From: Octopus sinensis
Taxonomy: Eukaryota
Reading direction: 5' to 3'
Assembly: GCF_006345805.1 (NCBI RefSeq)
Contig: NC_042999.1
Span: 139,066,001-139,130,000 of the forward strand
Length of the DNA: 64,000 bases
Shown: piece by piece, positions 12,942-25,863 of the stretch
Numbering within the stretch: the first letter of the stretch is position 1
Layout of the letters: each line of letters begins with the position of its first letter
Made by a program: the position numbers and the translations under genes
The notes under the pieces: model-generated
Database searches by the model: none
What the model saw: the letters and a program-made list of their open reading frames with translations, nothing else
Told to the model about the DNA's origin: nothing

Positions 12942-13380
12942 GGATCTTTTCGGTTTGAACGGCAGTTTTTAACATAATTTCAAGGTAACTAAAATATGTT
13001 AAACTTCGTATACTGGTAGAATGTGTTTATAAAACATCTTTTTCTCTTGGCTTTATTGAGAAAATTCTACAGTTTGTAAAATATTTGTTTTTTTTTCTTC
13101 AATTTCTGCAATTTCAACCAATCACTAACGTCTATTGAGGTAAAAAAAAACATTCTGTGCCATATGAATATGTCCCTCGTTTAAGAAACAGAATGGGTTT
13201 ATTTATATTTGTGAAGAAAAAAAGATACCCTACCCCCACCACAAACCCTAAACCTAACCCTAACTAACCCTAACCCTAAAATAGATTGAAATGAAATAGA
13301 TCGATACTAGGGTCATAATTATGGGTGACAATTTCATATGACACCGTTAGAAAAAACTGCCGTTCAAACCGAAAAGACCC
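12942..13380. mobile_element. MITE with 29-bp TIRs and an internal (TAACCC)-like tract
   Basis: GGATCTTTTCGGTTTGAACGGCAGTTTTT at 12942-12970 matches the reverse complement of 13352-13380 at 28/29 positions. Non-coding interior. Confidence 0.8.
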
Positions 13381-13559
13381 GGTTATATCAAAGCCGACGT
13401 TTACAAAGGACTGAACAAAATAGTCATATCAGTTGTCATAAACACAAAAGAAAAAGCTAGGATTGCTAGAAGTCGACGTATAACTTAACGTTATTACCGG
13501 TAATTATAAGCAATTTATTGCATAGAATTTCTAGAAGTCGACTTTAATAATAATTATAG

Positions 13560-13892
13560 CACCGTATTTGATGGCCTGTAAGACGCACGAGTGCATAGGG
13601 TGCACCCTAGCCTAGGCTATACTTTTGTAAAATACATTACCACTAAAATAATGTTTTAATTCCTCTACTTATCTGTGTAACTTTATTTTTACACATTATC
13701 GGTAATAATAAGCGATTTATTGCATCCACATTCGATATAAACATACCGCTGGCGATTGTTCACCAATAGATAGTAGCACACGCCTTGCAAACGTTTTGAG
13801 CTTACACTGAGGGCATTGAACGCAGGGAGATTTTTTAAAGCCATATTTTGGATAAAAAAAAAGGTGCGTCTTATAGGCCATCAAATACGGTA
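13560..13892. mobile_element. Tc1/mariner-superfamily (pogo/Tc2-like) MITE
   Basis: TIRs ACCGTATTTGATGGCCTGTAAGACGCAC and GTGCGTCTTATAGGCCATCAAATACGGT, with TA on the right side. Confidence 0.8.
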
Positions 13893-14263
13893 ATTTCTTT
13901 TTCAAGTCAATCCATAAAATGGAAAGAAAGATCATAAAAGATTCAGTAGATGGATAATGAAAGTAATACACATTCACAAATTCAGTAGTTATTTTATGTT
14001 AGAAAGATCTTTACGAACCTTTTCTCGGCATATTCGCATACAATTCCGGAAGCAATATCAGAGGTCTCGGATGTCCGTCTAATGCAGAAATAAGAAAGGA
14101 AGAAATAGAAAAGATAATTAAATGAATAGAAAAGCGTAGAGTATCTGATACTGATGCCATCAGCACAGAAGAAGGAGGTGAGCACATGCTTAAATGTTCA
14201 TAATATTCAACATGATATGGAAATAGAAAAGACACCAAAAAGCTGAACTTGTAGACTGGAAAC

Positions 14264-14264
<1 letters not shown>

Positions 14265-14349
<85 letters not shown>

Positions 14350-14400
14350 ACATCTACACCCACATCTACACACACATCTACACACACACACTCGTGCGCG
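14265..14400. repeat. (CA)n microsatellite
   Basis: Directly visible. Confidence 0.95.
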
Positions 14401-14543
14401 CGTTCATACATTTGCTTGATTGCGCAACACACACTTATGTCTGTCCTCTAAAATCGTTGTTGTTGTTTAGTCAGAACTGATCAAGAAAACAAATACATTC
14501 CGGTCACGACCACTCTTGCTGTTTTCAAGTATAAAGTATCTTA

Positions 14544-15103
14544 TTTCTTTAATGGCCCACAAGGGGCTAAACACAGAGGAGACAAACAAGGACAGACAAA
14601 GAGATTAAGTCGATTACATCGAACCCAGTGCGTAACTGGTACTTAATTTATCGACCCCGAAAGGACGAACGTAACGGCAGATGAAATACCTATTTCTTTA
14701 CTACCCACAAGGGGCTAAACACAGAGGAGACAAACAAGGACAGACAAAGGGATTAAGTCGATTATATCGAACCCAGTGCGTAACTGGTACTTAATTGACT
14801 CCGAAAGGATGAAAAGCAAAGTCGACCTTGGCGGAATTTGAACTCAGAACGTAACGGCAGACGAAATACCTATTTCTTTACTACCCACAAGGGGCTAAAC
14901 ACAAAGATGACAAACAAGGACAGAAAAACTGATTAAGTCGATTACATCGACCTCAGTGCGTAACTGGTACTTAATTTATTGACCCCGAAAGGATGAAAGG
15001 CAAAGTCGACCTCGGCGGAATTTGAACTCAGAACGGAACGGCAGACGAAATACCGCTAAGCATTTCACCCAGCGTGCTAACGTTTCTGCCAGCTCGCCGC
15101 CTT
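14544..15103 (-). mobile_element. Trimeric SINE family B with 17-bp TSD
   Basis: Three head-to-tail units joined at 14690/14691 and 14870/14871. AAGTATAAAGTATCTTA flanks the array at 14527-14543 and 15104-15120. A tRNA-like head is present only on the 15103-side unit. Confidence 0.88.
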
Positions 15104-15785
15104 AAGTATAAAGTATCTTAGGCTACCTTATCCAATGTGCCTTTTCATTCTTGAGGTTGTAGGGAGAAAATTGTGTGAGATTTAGCCGTTATTGCCAGCA
15201 AGTTAAGCAACCAAGTATACGCCACCACGTCGACATCAAAACTGAATCGCAACTTTTTGTTCATGTCTCCTCTCTTTCACTTATGTTTATCGAACGGTTT
15301 TCGTACTTTCGTGACATGCAGCACGAAATAAATTCCGTTATTGTTGTTGTTGTTAGCACAAGGTCAACCCTTATCAAGAAGTCCAACGATAAAAAGCGTT
15401 CTACTCCACTCCTTCACCATTCTTTGATAATTGTGTACCTAAGACTGTGTCCTACTCCACCGTAAGAGGTTAGGGTAGGATCTGAAGGAAATAAGGTAGC
15501 TATTTTCAGTAGAGATTGCGTGACCTCTCCCATTGGTTTCCTGTTTAAACTTCGACGAACCCGTAACACATCGAATATGACCTCCCGTGACATTCTCTCC
15601 CATAACACATCGGACTTCTCTAGAAGTCTCTTCAAGTCTATCGACAAACAGCCTTTTAATCTGTAGCAATTAGGTTTTAATTAGTGTAGTTACCAATTGT
15701 AACTGGTAAGATTGATCAGGTACACAATAATATGAAATGCCGCAGTCAGCAGTTGTAACGATAAAAATTTGTTGTTATAACGGCA

Positions 15786-16364
15786 TGTTGTAGGGTGTGA
15801 AAGATGAACAATGCATGAAGTTTTAAGGAAATATTTATTTACTGTTACGTTACAATACCTTGTCTAGACGGGCAGGTTATGATAAAAATCGTAAAGCATG
15901 CGAAGAAAAGTTTGTGTTTGTGTTCTCTTTATTGTTTAGTAGTAATTTGAGAGAGAGATAGAATGATGCAAGCGAGCAGAATTAGTGCTAGTGAGAGTTG
16001 TAGAGTTGTGGGACGTTGTCTCACAGTTGCTGACAGTAAACTTCATTTCTCCCTCTGACCAAGGTTCTAACTGGTCAGTCAAACTTCGTTCTCACTGAGT
16101 TGTCACTGAAGTGACTAGCTCGCTTTTGCTTGCGGGTTCTCGTTTTATAACTATCCAGAAAGATAGACATATCATTGAGAACAATAGATTTAGTTAGTGG
16201 TTTTGTTATCTCTATTCTAGCTTTTGGTGAAGTGGAAGAGGTTATGAGGGTCAAGTGGTGAAGACATTATTTCGGCCTAGCTAAAGGCAATCTGGCAAAT
16301 GTAAAACTGCTGTCACAGAAAAACCATTGTTCCACCGCGGGAAAAGTTCTGTTGAAGTGTTAAT
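15786..16364 (-). mobile_element. LTR-like dispersed repeat, copy 2
   Basis: 16165-16364 and 15950-16060 align with the reverse complement of 46527-46960. The minus strand ends ...CCTACAACA. Confidence 0.5.
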
Positions 16365-16399
16365 TTAAATTTGGCTCCGGTGGATCGAATACACTTCAT

Positions 16400-17900
16400 G
16401 CCTGTAAGATTCTACAAATCTTATATTTTTATCGGGAGTTCCTTACTAAAGGAATGAAATTATAACCTATATCATCTCCAGTAGACATTTTGGAACTCTA
16501 ACAACTGTTGTTATATAATCTTAGTGCCGACAACTTTCCTTGCTATATTGCTATACGGCACTCAGTGATCTCGACAAATAATGTTTATATATAGTTAATT
16601 TCCTGTCGGAACCGGTGGGATTGGACAGGTAAAAAGATCAGGTGCATTAGCTTTCTAAGTTTCTGATCTGGGATGTGCTCTGCAGCAATACCTTATTGAG
16701 CAGCAACCTTCTTGAGCAGTAGTGAAAATGCCCAGTGTCCTGGATACCCGAAGTAACAGCCTATTAGTCTGATTGAAGTAGAGAATGCCATCTGCTAGGA
16801 TTTAACCGCGGGGTTTAAAGACTCTTTCAGTGGTTTTTACTCGTCATGCTTTATCTACTGGAATTATGAAACATTTGCCCGAATCACTGTAATATATTTT
16901 TCAATTAATATGTCCAAGTTTTCTTTTTAGCTACATCACTGTGTTATTAAAAACGCTTGCTATATCAAAAATAACTTGCGAATTCCTTGAAAATTCCATA
17001 TTTTGTAACTGTTCATATTTCCATTTTGATGCATAAATATACAGAACATTATGTCATGGTCTTCAAGATTTCGATTATGTCTTATATTTCATTCCACAGT
17101 TAAAGATTTTGAAAGTGTAACATCCAAACTTGTTTCATTGTTAAATACGTCAAGTATATCTTCGATTTTATTCCATAGTTGAGATCGTTACCGGAGTAAC
17201 ACTTAAATAGTGTCATAACAAGCAGAATAAAATTACAGATGACACCTCTGCTCACTGTAGCATACCGACAAAGTCAAAATATGCTTTCTTTCTAGAAGTC
17301 TTGTATAATATGATCCTAGACGATCACAAACTTCTCTCATTATAGTAGTTTTCTGTTAATACTATTTCCGTTGCCATTTGTTAAATAATGTATTTGCCTT
17401 GTTGGTAAAAGGCAAATAAAGTTCAAATATCTTCCCCAAGTAGAGAGATTTCACAAAGCAACAACAACAATTCCTCTCATATTACGGAATTTCTTACAAA
17501 TACGGTGAAACAATAAAGAGCAATTTACTAATTAATATTTTCCAAACCACCAAGAGCATCACTCGGTATGTCGGATCAGAAAAGGTGAAGATAATGATGT
17601 GCGTACTTATAGCAACGTACACACTTTATAGCCACCCAGCAGCAATCTCCTAACTCAATTATGTATGCCATTCAAAGGAAAATAAAGTCGTTTGTATGAT
17701 TATTTTTTCTCACTTGCTGGCTATAGGGGAAAGGACAATACCCATGGCTTTCGCAGTCCCTCATAAGTCAGTGAAATCGATGCTATTAATGTTCATCTTG
17801 AACCTTTGTAAGCCAACACCTACAGGAATTCCAGAGAGTTGATGTTCTGAGAGGGAAGGACGGGTATAGTGATTAGTAAGGGTTTTGAGTAGTAATGGAT
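16400..17900 (-). mobile_element. Possible highly decayed Penelope-like RT relic
   Basis: Only faint motif traces on the minus strand (NINSLEFL, MNINSIDFTDL, IFTFSD.TYR); no continuous ORF. Confidence 0.25.
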
Positions 17901-18004
17901 ACAACAAGGGGGATGAGAAAGGATATGGAGATCAGTGAACAATATCGAGGGCAGACAATTCTCAAGCGATTAAAATCCTCGGCATGCTAAGGATTCAACC
18001 AGCA

Positions 18005-18215
18005 AGGCGTCTTTCTACTACAGGCACAAGGGTTAGGGTTAGGGTGAGAGGGGCTACTCAATTACATTAACCCCAATGATCTACTGGTACTTATCTTACC
18101 GACTCCGAAAGGACGGAACGCAAAGTTGACTTCCGTAGTATTTGAACTGAAAATTTAAAGAGTAAGAAGAAATACCGCTAAGCATTTTCTCCGGCGCGTT
18201 AACGATTATTCCAGC
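18005..18215 (-). mobile_element. SINE family B, diverged copy
   Basis: Core GACTCCGAAAGGAxGxAxxGCAAAGTTGAC and B-box-like ATTTGAACT. Confidence 0.7.
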
Positions 18216-18309
18216 TCATTGCGTTAACAACAACGACAGCAACAACAATAACAGCAGCAGCAACATCATCATCAACAACAACAACAACAAATATTCTACA
18301 GTTCTATAT

Positions 18310-18470
18310 TTAAGAGATGAGGAATTATGTATATTATTTACATTTGACGGATATTTGTCCTCATCTTGTTTGTTGTCAACACAACGTTTCGGCTGATATA
18401 CCCTCCAGCCTTCTTCAAGTGTCTTGGGGAAATTTCGAACCTGGGTTCTCATTCCTAAGGTATTTTTGAT
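18310..18470 (-). mobile_element. Penelope-like terminal-repeat fragment carrying a minimal hammerhead-like motif
   Basis: Minus strand 18423-18378 reads GACAC-TTGAAGA-A-GGCTG(loop)CAGCC-GAAAC-GTT-GTGTT. Confidence 0.5.
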
Positions 18471-19087
18471 GTTGTTTTTGTTGCTGTTGTTGTTGTTCAA
18501 CTCTCTGATGAAGGACAAAGTTAATCACTAACATAAGCAAAAGAACATAGATTTACGAAGTTGTGCAGAAGATAATTGAATCAATTCCAGTCAGTCTTAG
18601 TAGGGTAATATCTTGCTGGTGTCACCGACTGAAAACTAGAAAGGGTTAAAAATCATCTCGATTGTAATAAACCTGGTAAGTAGAGAATTTAACTATAGGA
18701 GTTAGGGCGTGTTACATATATATACATACATATACACACACGCAAACTCACACACATACATCGTTACTTTTTCAAATTTTCTTTGTGATTTTTTTTTCCC
18801 ATTATATAGTCCTGAGTAAAAGTTTAGAGTTCATACATTCCCGGTCCTTGTAGTAGACTTAAAAAGTATTCTTGTAATCTGTTATTTTTATTAGTTGTAC
18901 ACATATTTTTAATGCATGTTTGCTCATAAGACTTTATATTTGTTTGTATATGCGTCTGTCACTGCATGTCAGCTGTATCTTCGTAGAATTAAATGTTTAA
19001 GTTAACAAATCGACAAATTTATTTGAGCTTAAATCTAAAATATCCACCATGTGTGTACTTTCATTTCCAAATTTTCATTCTGTACAT

Positions 19088-19190
19088 TCTCTCTCTCTCT
19101 CTCTCTCTCTCTAGATACATACATACATACATACATACATACATACATACATACATACATACATACATACATACATACATACATACATAC
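19088..19190. repeat. (TC)n/(TACA)n microsatellite
   Basis: Directly visible. Further (TACA)n/(TATG)n arrays lie at 19448-19535, 21010-21210 and 21400-21601. Confidence 0.95.
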
Positions 19191-19599
19191 ATGGTGGCTG
19201 TCCCCTCGTTATCGAGTATGGCCATTGCACGAAGCTTAATCAATGTTATTATCGTGCAATGCCTGTGCAAGAAAATTTTTTTTAAAGTGAGGAAAGGCTG
19301 TGCACTGAGTCAATTCCACTCACTAAGCAACAGCAGCCGTAATCCGAAAAGAAGAATAAGTCAACATCATCGGTAACCACTGAGCCGCAAGTTTTATGTC
19401 GGAGTTATCCTAGTTACCTGAGTTACCTTCTCCTAGAAGGATGCCCTAACATACATACATACATACATACATACATACATACATACATACATACATACAT
19501 ACATACATACATACATACATACATACATACATACGTAAGTACACACATATATACATGCATACATTAAAAAAGAAAATACCTACGAACGAAGTTGAGCAT

Positions 19600-19910
19600 A
19601 TTGAGACCGATGGGTCAAAAGAATATTGATGGAACTCAAAAGTTAAAACAGCATCCAAGTTAAAACACAACCGGCCAGATATCGTTGTGTGGGACCACAA
19701 AGAAAAGATATGTTCTGTTGTAGAAGTCAGCTACCCTCTTGACACGAATATGGTTAGAAAAATATGAGAGAAAGAGGACATCTAATGAATCATTGATAAA
19801 GAGCTTGCTTACCCAATGCCCAAGCTACACTTTCAACTTCACGCCTATTATTATTGAGCAGCAGGGTATATACCAATCCGTCTGGAGCAAAGTATGGCTG
19901 AATTTGGGAT
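19600..19910 (+). mobile_element. R4/Dong-like LINE fragment (restriction-like endonuclease domain)
   Basis: Translates to WNSKVKTASKLKHNRPDIVVWDHKEKICSVVEVSYPLDTN; HNRPDIV at 19666 is the RLE motif. Confidence 0.8.
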
Positions 19911-19994
19911 CTTAGGGAGTGAGTGAAAATCTCTGTCATCAGTAATGCAGCAGCAGAAGCCCCACTGATAATACTGTATATACATGTATATCCT

Positions 19995-20390
19995 TTTCTA
20001 CACTAGGCACAAGGCCGAAAAGTTTTGGGGAGGGGTCCAGTCGATTAGATAAACCACAGTACCCAACTGGTACTTAATTTATCGACCCCGAAAGGATGAA
20101 AGGCAAAGTTGACCTCGGCGGAATTTGAACTCAGAACGTAACGGCAGACGAAATACCTATTTCTTTACTACCCACAAGGGGCCAAACACAGAGGAGACAA
20201 ACATTGACAGACAAACCGATTAAGTCGATTACATCGACCCCAGTGCGTAACTGGTACTTATTTAATCGACCCCGAAAGGATGAAAGGCAAAGTCGACCTC
20301 GGCGGAATTTGAACTCAGAACGTAGCGGCAGACGAAATACCGCTACGCATTTCGTCCGGCGTGCTAACGGTTCTGCCAGCTCCAAGCCTT
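19995..20390 (-). mobile_element. Dimeric SINE family B
   Basis: Two units joined at 20157/20158 with the same GAAATACC|TATTTCTTTA junction as the trimer at 14544-15103. Confidence 0.85.
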
Positions 20391-21842
20391 ACTATCTACT
20401 TGTATATCGAAAGGAGTCAGCAAATTTTCTGTCAAACTGATATTTCATCTGACTGATTTTTCCTTTGAAAGTGGCAAAGGTTGTCTACAATTTTTCTGCC
20501 GGACTGATATTTTATCTCATGTTTTTTTTTTTTAAAGTGGCAAAGATTCATTGTAACTTTGAACGTGAATAAATACATTTTTCATCATTATGTACTGTGT
20601 TCTACTACTCTACGGTGACTTTTATCATTTATTTAAAAAGTTCTTGACATACACTTTCAAATAGCCTAGTATGTTTTCAAAAACAATTTGGTTGCCACGT
20701 GGAAAAATTTTGTCAGATATTTTTCCAGTTTTGGCATGCACTCTCAAAAAGGTTGCACACCCCTGCACTAGATGATCTCGTCTTACCGTGAAATAAAGTC
20801 GGCGATTTTCAATGGATCTTTACCAAATTTCGCTGGGATCCAGATACAACCCAGTCTAATGCACGATCAAAAAATCCGCTCCTCATCTCTCCTTAACTTA
20901 TAATAAAGATCAGTAAAGAAAATGAGATGTAGAACAATTAAAAGCTGTAAAGGGTTAGAAGCAGAGCAGAAGTGTTAGTGTGAGTTATAAATACACCGTC
21001 ACATACTTGTATGTACGTACGTACGTATGCATGTACGTATGTATGTATGTATGTGTATGTATGTATGTATGTATGTATGTATGTATGTATGTATGTATGT
21101 ATGCATGTATGTATGTATGTATGTATGTGTGTATGTATGTATGTATGTATGTATGTATGTATGTATGTATGTATGTATGTATGTATGTATGCATGTATGT
21201 ATGTGTTTGTGTATGCCTATAAAGTTGAAACTGGACTTTCCTTGATTGATAGATTGATAAGATGAGCTGCATTATATGCATTGATTAGATATAAATAACT
21301 GGTTCCAGTAGTCAAGAATGAACATTTCAGAAGTACATCTAAACGTCAAAGCATTGGACTTTCTACATACACATTATATGTATATCTTTATGTCTGTATC
21401 TCTATCTATGTATTTATACATGCATACATATACATACACATAAATACGTTCATACGCACATACATACGTACATACATACATATACATACATACATACATA
21501 CATACATACATACATACATACATACATACATGCATACATACATACATACATACATACATACATACATACATACATACATACATACATACATACATACATA
21601 CATTTCTGTCTGAAATCCTAGATGAGCCTACATCGCGGCATGAGTGACAAAGAAGAGCACCTTCGTCCAACTCGCTTCTTCATCAAAAACAGTACAGAAA
21701 GGAGACCCAAAAGCACTGAAAGGTGGTGCCCTAGCATGGCCGCAACTTCTGGCTGAAACCAGTAAAAGATAAAAAGATAAAAGATACAGAAGATTTAAAT
21801 GCGAGTTGCTATAGGTTTTATACCTTATATATATATATATAT

Positions 21843-21923
<81 letters not shown>

Positions 21924-21925
<2 letters not shown>

Positions 21926-22760
21926 CAGGGTGTGATGGGTAAATTGTCGCTATTTTATGTTTTTAATTTCGCGCATGCACATTGTTTTTTAATTTTGTTG
22001 ACTACACAGTATAGTAGGGTCAGTTGGGCATCGTCTGTGAGATAAACAGCACCATGACACAATTCACTCTGCCAGAAATTTAGAAACAACATGCTGTACT
22101 GCTTGGCATTCGTGTCGGACGCTCCAGAGTGTCTGGGTGACAATGCGAGGGCAGTGCAATCCGAGAACATGTAGCGAGAGTGATAAAAATCAAACATCCA
22201 GTCAACATCATGGTGTTTTGATCACTACTGATAGCGACGTTATGTTTCCATTCATCTTTCCACACTCAACATGCAGGCCTACATCAAGTGCCTGGAGGAG
22301 GCAGTGCTGCCCTGGGTCAAGAGAGTGGCTGCTGGAAGGCCCTACGTCTGGTAACAGGATTCTGCACCATGCGACACAAGCAGAAGAACCCAGTCATGGC
22401 TGTCAGACAATTTCTGCGACATCACCCCTAACATCTGGCCACCTAACTCCCCACACTGTGGGGCGCAGTTGAGCGAGAGGCCAACAAAGCACCTTGTAAC
22501 AGCAAAGATGAACTGAAGGCAAGGATTATGGCAGCATTCACCAATTTAAACAAGGTGACCGCCCAGAAGAGTTTTAGGAGATTCCGATATCGCCCGGAGG
22601 CCGTAGTTGAAGCCAATGACGATTTTATTGAATAAATTTACTTTAGTATTTCAAGATATTTTAATGTAATTTTGGTAAATATTTGTATTAAAATGAGATG
22701 TCAGTATTATTTTCATTTTTGCGTAATTTAGATGACAGTTTATTCCCTGCACTTTGTATA
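21924..22760 (+). mobile_element. Internally deleted Tc1/mariner (maT/DD37D-like) element
   Basis: Begins TACAGGGTGTGATGGGTAAATTGTC and ends in a degenerate inverted copy. Encodes EAVLPWVKRVAAGRPYVW*QDSAP and IWPPNSP. Confidence 0.75.
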
Positions 22761-23962
22761 TATGCATGTATGTACGTATGTATGTTATGCATGCATGTGT
22801 GTGTCTTTGTGTTTGTCCTCCACTACCTCTTGACAACCGGTGTTTGTTTGTTTACGTGCCTATAATACAGCAGTTTGGCAAAAATAAACTTTATTCCAAT
22901 CCTTTATAATCTCCCATCCTGAGCTACAGTTATTTATGAAAATGCCATTTTTGTCCATGACCAACTTCATCACGATTCTTCTGGTGAGCTTGGAAGGTAA
23001 TCAATATTTTGTCTTGCTCAAAGTAGAGTCCACTAGCCCAATAGTGTTAGAAAAACCTCTGATAATTCCATTAAGTTATCTTTAAACATTTTTGAGATAC
23101 AAAGGTTCGAAGTTGAACCTAAAATTTGAACAATTTTGCTGGTACACCCGGTACATCTACAATTCAAATCTGTTTTCCAACCATGTTTCCCTTCTGACAA
23201 CAAGTAAAATTGAATGCTAATCCGTTCTTGTAAAAGCCTCACCCAATTTTAGCTATGCATAAGTCTAAGAAATCATTTTAAAAGAATGTTTGTTTGACTG
23301 AATGGCTTTCTTTTCTTTTATTTATTGCAATTATTTTGGTATTCAAAAAGTTTCCAGTGTAGATAGAGTAGTGCTTATGATGTTTACAGGCTACCACTGA
23401 CTGGTGAGATTGATGCAGTTAGTGTGTTGTTCGAACAACTGCAGGATGGTGTCTGTGAGAAAAATGTGATTGCAGAGGAAATTCCAGAACGTTTTAATTC
23501 TGTTAAAGAGCAAGTAGTTTGCGCAAGGTTTATAATATGAGACACGGGAGAATTAGAATAGGCAGAGAGGAAAAACAACACATCTGTGAACAAGTGGCTG
23601 TCATATGAATCATCATCGCTGTGTCAAATGGCATACTTTTGGATGCAACCTAAGATGTTTACTCGGCAGGATTTTTAAGCTGCAACTCTATACAAAATAT
23701 ATGAACAGTACTGTAATGTGAATCTCACTTGAGTTTTTTAGTGGGTCAACAAAAAGTTAAAGCTATGTAATTTCCCGAATCAAAGACGAAATCCTAATCA
23801 TTGTGATGCATTTTCGACATAGTACATATTTGGAATTCCCCATGAGAGATCTCCAGAGATTGTGAGGCTTAGCATTTGAAGAGGCTATAAGTGTTATTCG
23901 TAACTCATGACTGGAGAGTATGACATAAACAAATTCCTTTCGCTACGTTTATTTTTTTGCAT

Positions 23963-24001
<39 letters not shown>

Positions 24002-25129
24002 TTGTCGTCGTGATCGTCGTTCTTTTTCCCTTCTCTTCTCGGTTTGGTTGATTTTTATGAAGCAGTAGTTCATGACCGGATGTAACTTCCTATCGCCAAC
24101 TATTTTAGTCTCCCTTTACGAAATAAAGGAACGTGGTGTGCCAATTCTAAAACTAAGGTTCATATTCGAAACCCAGAAAAGATTGAATCAAATATTTCTC
24201 TTCCTCGATGCATTTCATAGAAAAAATATCATGGAAATTAGCAAGAGAAATATATGCGTCTTCAGCAATCGGCAAACGAAAGGACAGACTAATAATATGT
24301 CATACATTTATTAAACCACAGTTTCTAATATTATTTACATAGCAAACTTGTTTTGGCTGGAACAGTATAATTCTTGTAATTTTTATTTGTGCCATTAACC
24401 CATCGCATTGAATTTGTAAATATTTAATGTAAATTGCTGAAACCTAACCTTTATTTTACTCTATGTATAAATCAAATGTAAGGCAGAGATATTTAATCTC
24501 AGTTTGGAAACTTACATTGCAATTTCTCCATTTATCAACTGACATTTTAGAAGAATGAAATAACAGTTGACAGGAGGAGACTGGAAATTGCGCAATTAAA
24601 TTCTATTGTGATAATTCCTTTAGATTTGCATATATTTTATTTCAAGCATGAGATTGCATCACCCAAAAGAGTATGGACCACCATTTGCATCAGACAATTC
24701 GCCACAACGCTAAGATAAAAAGAAACATTTTTATTACATATTAAAACGTTTTTTTTCTGAAAGTACATCCTCTGTAAATATCAAGATTTACAAGTTTGTT
24801 CAACCCAAATTAACATGGTGTGAAATGTAAAATTGTAAAACAAATTGCATTCGTTTACAATGAATAAATTCAACTGTCACTTTTTTTTCATTTCTTTTAA
24901 TTTTCTTTAACCTCAGGTCAACCCTAACCAAGTAAACTTAGATACCAAACAGATATAAGTTCTGGTAGGTATATGGGTTGTGTTATGATCGACTAAAAAG
25001 ACTTTGAAGCTGGTACCGAAGTCTGGCCGAGGTCCGATGACTGAAACAAGCAAAAGAAATATCATTCTGTTGAAAGGAACCAAGGAAGAATGTCAGCTTC
25101 TGGATATGTAATGTAACTGATTGTCTTTA

Positions 25130-25600
25130 GCAGAGTTCATTCTATTGCGAGCATTCGAAATATTTTCCTGCAGACGTTGTCTCTTTTTCTCTCTGTTGTT
25201 AGTAATGTCTGTTAGTCCTCTCTGTTAGTAATGTCAGATCATCAGCATAGTCTAGGGCAGTTACTATTACTGCTTGATGCCACCTACTTCATTGTCTATG
25301 CAGTTTGAATCCCAGTTCTTCTTCCTTGTCCTCATACGGTCTACGCATTACATAGTTCAGAACGATGGCGAAGAGATAAGGTACTAGCGTGGCGCCTTGT
25401 AATACTTCAGCTTTGACTTTAAAGTGTTCCGTCTCTCCATCAGGAGTGATCACTTTCGCTCTGGTGTTCGCATACAGCATATTTATTGCTCTCAGAATTC
25501 TTGGTGGAATATCATATGCTTTAGGTATCTTCATCATCATTCCGCTAATCAAAAGAGTTTTTTAAGTCTACATAGATAATGATAGCCTTGACAGTGATGT
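25130..25600 (-). mobile_element. RTE-like LINE reverse-transcriptase fragment
   Basis: EVLQGATLVPYLFAIVLNYVMR followed by LDYADDL (~25260-25235). Confidence 0.85.
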
Positions 25601-25863
25601 TGCTTATTAAAACTGCAACATCATTGATATTTTACTAACAACTAGCTTTCTAAAACATATTTGTCATCCACAACCCTTTACGTCACTCAGTTTTTTTACA
25701 AAAACTGCTTTGTTTCCTTCATGTTAAAATATATGTTATTATTTTTGTTGGCAAAGAGCTTGTCGCCCTTTGTGAACAACTGGGATCGATATAATCGATT
25801 TATCCCCTTCCCCAAAATTGTTGACTTTGTGCCAAAAATTGAAAATATTATTTTTGGTTGGTA

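Noticed and set aside
14544-15103. Regularly repeated units resembling a CRISPR array
   Set aside because: The units are ~150-230-bp SINE monomers without unique spacers, there are no cas genes, and the context is eukaryotic.
18030-18048. GGGTTAGGGTTAGGG telomere-like run
   Set aside because: Only about two and a half units inside a SINE; not a telomere or fusion site.
20410-20770. Possible hAT MITE ends (GGTTGCACACCCCTG; also GGTTGAGAACCCCTG at ~29340)
   Set aside because: Only one convincing end in each case and no 8-bp TSD identified.
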